Sequence record: DRR723986_3136
DNA length: 51,017 nucleotides
Reading direction: 5' to 3' (one strand)
Numbering within the stretch: position 1 is the stretch's first letter; every line of letters begins with the position of its first letter. Under the pieces are notes generated by a model. It had not been told where the DNA came from and did no database searches. It saw nothing but the letters and a program-made list of their open reading frames with translations. Made by a program: the position numbers and the translations under genes. Positions 50,058 to 51,017 of the stretch are shown piece after piece.

Positions 50058-50678
50058 ATGCCAAGACCCCGTTCGAAATCGAGGGATGAACTGATTTCCA
50101 GCGCGATGGGTGTGTTCTGGGAAAACGGGTTCAATGCAACGTCTATAGAAGACCTGGTTGTGGCGACCGGTGTAGGCCGGGGCGGCATCTATTCGGATTT
50201 TGGCGGGAAGGAAGATTTGTTTCTGGCTTGTCTCGAAGCCTATCGTATCCGCTTTGCGGATCCGGCCATTCATATTCTGAGATCGGGGACCAACGGTCTC
50301 AGCTCAATCGAAGCCTACTTCGACTTTTTCATTGCTCTTCATGAGAAGCACGGCATGCCGGGACCCGGGTGCTTTATTGCAAACACTATGACAGAACTTG
50401 CGCCTCATCACACCGAAGTGCAGCGGGTTGTGAACGAACATAGCTCAGACTTGAAATCAGCCTTCGCGAGATCCCTTATGCAAGCGGCGCGGACGAGCGG
50501 CGAACGGATCAGGAAAACTGAGATATCCGAGATGGCCGAATTTCTGGTTACATCCAGCCAGGGGCTCTGGTCCTATGGAAAAAGTATTTCTGACATCCGC
50601 ATTCTGAAACAGTTCAAGTTTACGCTTCTGGAACTACTAAGTTTTCGACTTGGGCTGCCTACGTTGGATCGCAGATGA
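50058..50678 (+). CDS. TetR family regulator (NemR/ComR-like)
   Basis: MPRPR...AMGVFWENGFNATSIEDLV.ATGVGRGGIYSDFGGKEDLF, GCFIANT. Confidence 0.92.
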   Translation: MPRPRSKSRDELISSAMGVFWENGFNATSIEDLVVATGVGRGGIYSDFGGKEDLFLACLEAYRIRFADPAIHILRSGTNGLSSIEAYFDFFIALHEKHGMPGPGCFIANTMTELAPHHTEVQRVVNEHSSDLKSAFARSLMQAARTSGERIRKTEISEMAEFLVTSSQGLWSYGKSISDIRILKQFKFTLLELLSFRLGLPTLDRR

Positions 50679-50721
50679 AACCAGCTTTCTGAACCGGAAC
50701 TGTCGAAGTCAGCAAATTCGA

Positions 50722-50840
50722 AACGTCGCCTTTCGGCGATGAATTGCCGGAGGCGCTCCGCACCTCGGCGACAGCAACGGGCCGAGTCGAGCTCTTCAAC
50801 GCGCTTTCGCTCACCCGCAGCTATCGCCAAGAGCCGCCAC
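50722..50840. repeat. Cluster of spacer repeat copies near the tRNA end
   Basis: Minus strand TCGCCG-AAAGGCGACGT (50723-50739); GCGACAGCAAC-GGGCCG-AGTCGAGCTCT (50768-50795); TCGCCA-AGAGCCGCCAC (50824-50840). Confidence 0.4.
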
Positions 50841-50973
50841 TCAGCGCTCAAAGGCCCAGCTACGGATCGCGCAAGACGTGCACATTCATTGCTTCGAGCT
50901 GTAAACCGACGGACCGCTTAACAGCTCGAAAACAGAGCGCAAAATTCATAACACATTGGAATATGATGGATGA

Positions 50974-51017
50974 TGGTGGGCAGTAATGGGCTCGAACCGC
51001 TGACCCTCTCGGTGTAA
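50974..51017 (-). tRNA. tRNA-Val(TAC), 3' half only (window ends in the anticodon loop); could be an att copy
   Basis: Minus strand TTACACCGAGAGGGTCAGCGGTTCGAGCCCATTACTGCCCACCA: TAC anticodon, GGTTCGA T-loop, encoded CCA. Confidence 0.85.

Larger units (their letters stand above)
33212..50973. mobile_element. Mosaic genomic island abutting the tRNA-Val 3' end; no integrase visible
   Basis: Truncates asnB, visibly AT-richer, contains pseudogenes, ICE-type XRE pair, an IS end and self-contained catabolic modules; left boundary approximate. Confidence 0.7.

Noticed and set aside
37954-50840. CRISPR array or classical integron attC array
   Set aside because: No regular repeat-spacer period, no cas or intI gene, no consistent RYYYAAC...GTTRRRY boxes, and the genes are in mixed orientation

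Overview
GC-rich alphaproteobacterial chromosome segment. Gene content and style suggest Caulobacterales/Hyphomonadaceae (inference). Positions 1-~33,210 look like core genome: partial pepN, an acyl-CoA dehydrogenase pair, an Mla/MCE ABC operon, a DgcA/AEE epimerase, an EmrAB-type pump with TetR, an esterase, pip, an NSS transporter, the mreB-mreC-mreD-mrdA-rodA operon (perfect CtrA-type box upstream), a BVMO and a GT-C-like membrane protein. These are followed by an unusual trio: a PleC/DivJ-like pseudo-histidine kinase lacking the phospho-His, a polyenoic-fatty-acid-isomerase-like flavoprotein, and an asnB-type amidotransferase cut roughly in half. From ~33,212 to the 3' half of a tRNA-Val(TAC) at the window end lies a visibly AT-richer mosaic island with no integrase in view. 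It holds ICE-type XRE remnants, a serine-hydrolase pseudogene, a probable IS110/IS1111-type end and six catabolic or transport modules (DcyD/CuyA + D-aminoacylase; monooxygenase-FAH-dioxygenase-TetR; membrane protein; haloalkane dehalogenase; outer-membrane barrel; MFS-hydrolase-SDR-TetR). Degenerate ~28-30 bp repeats lie in the spacers between these modules, suggesting a cassette-like assembly system. All family calls are from motif recognition by eye; no searches were run.
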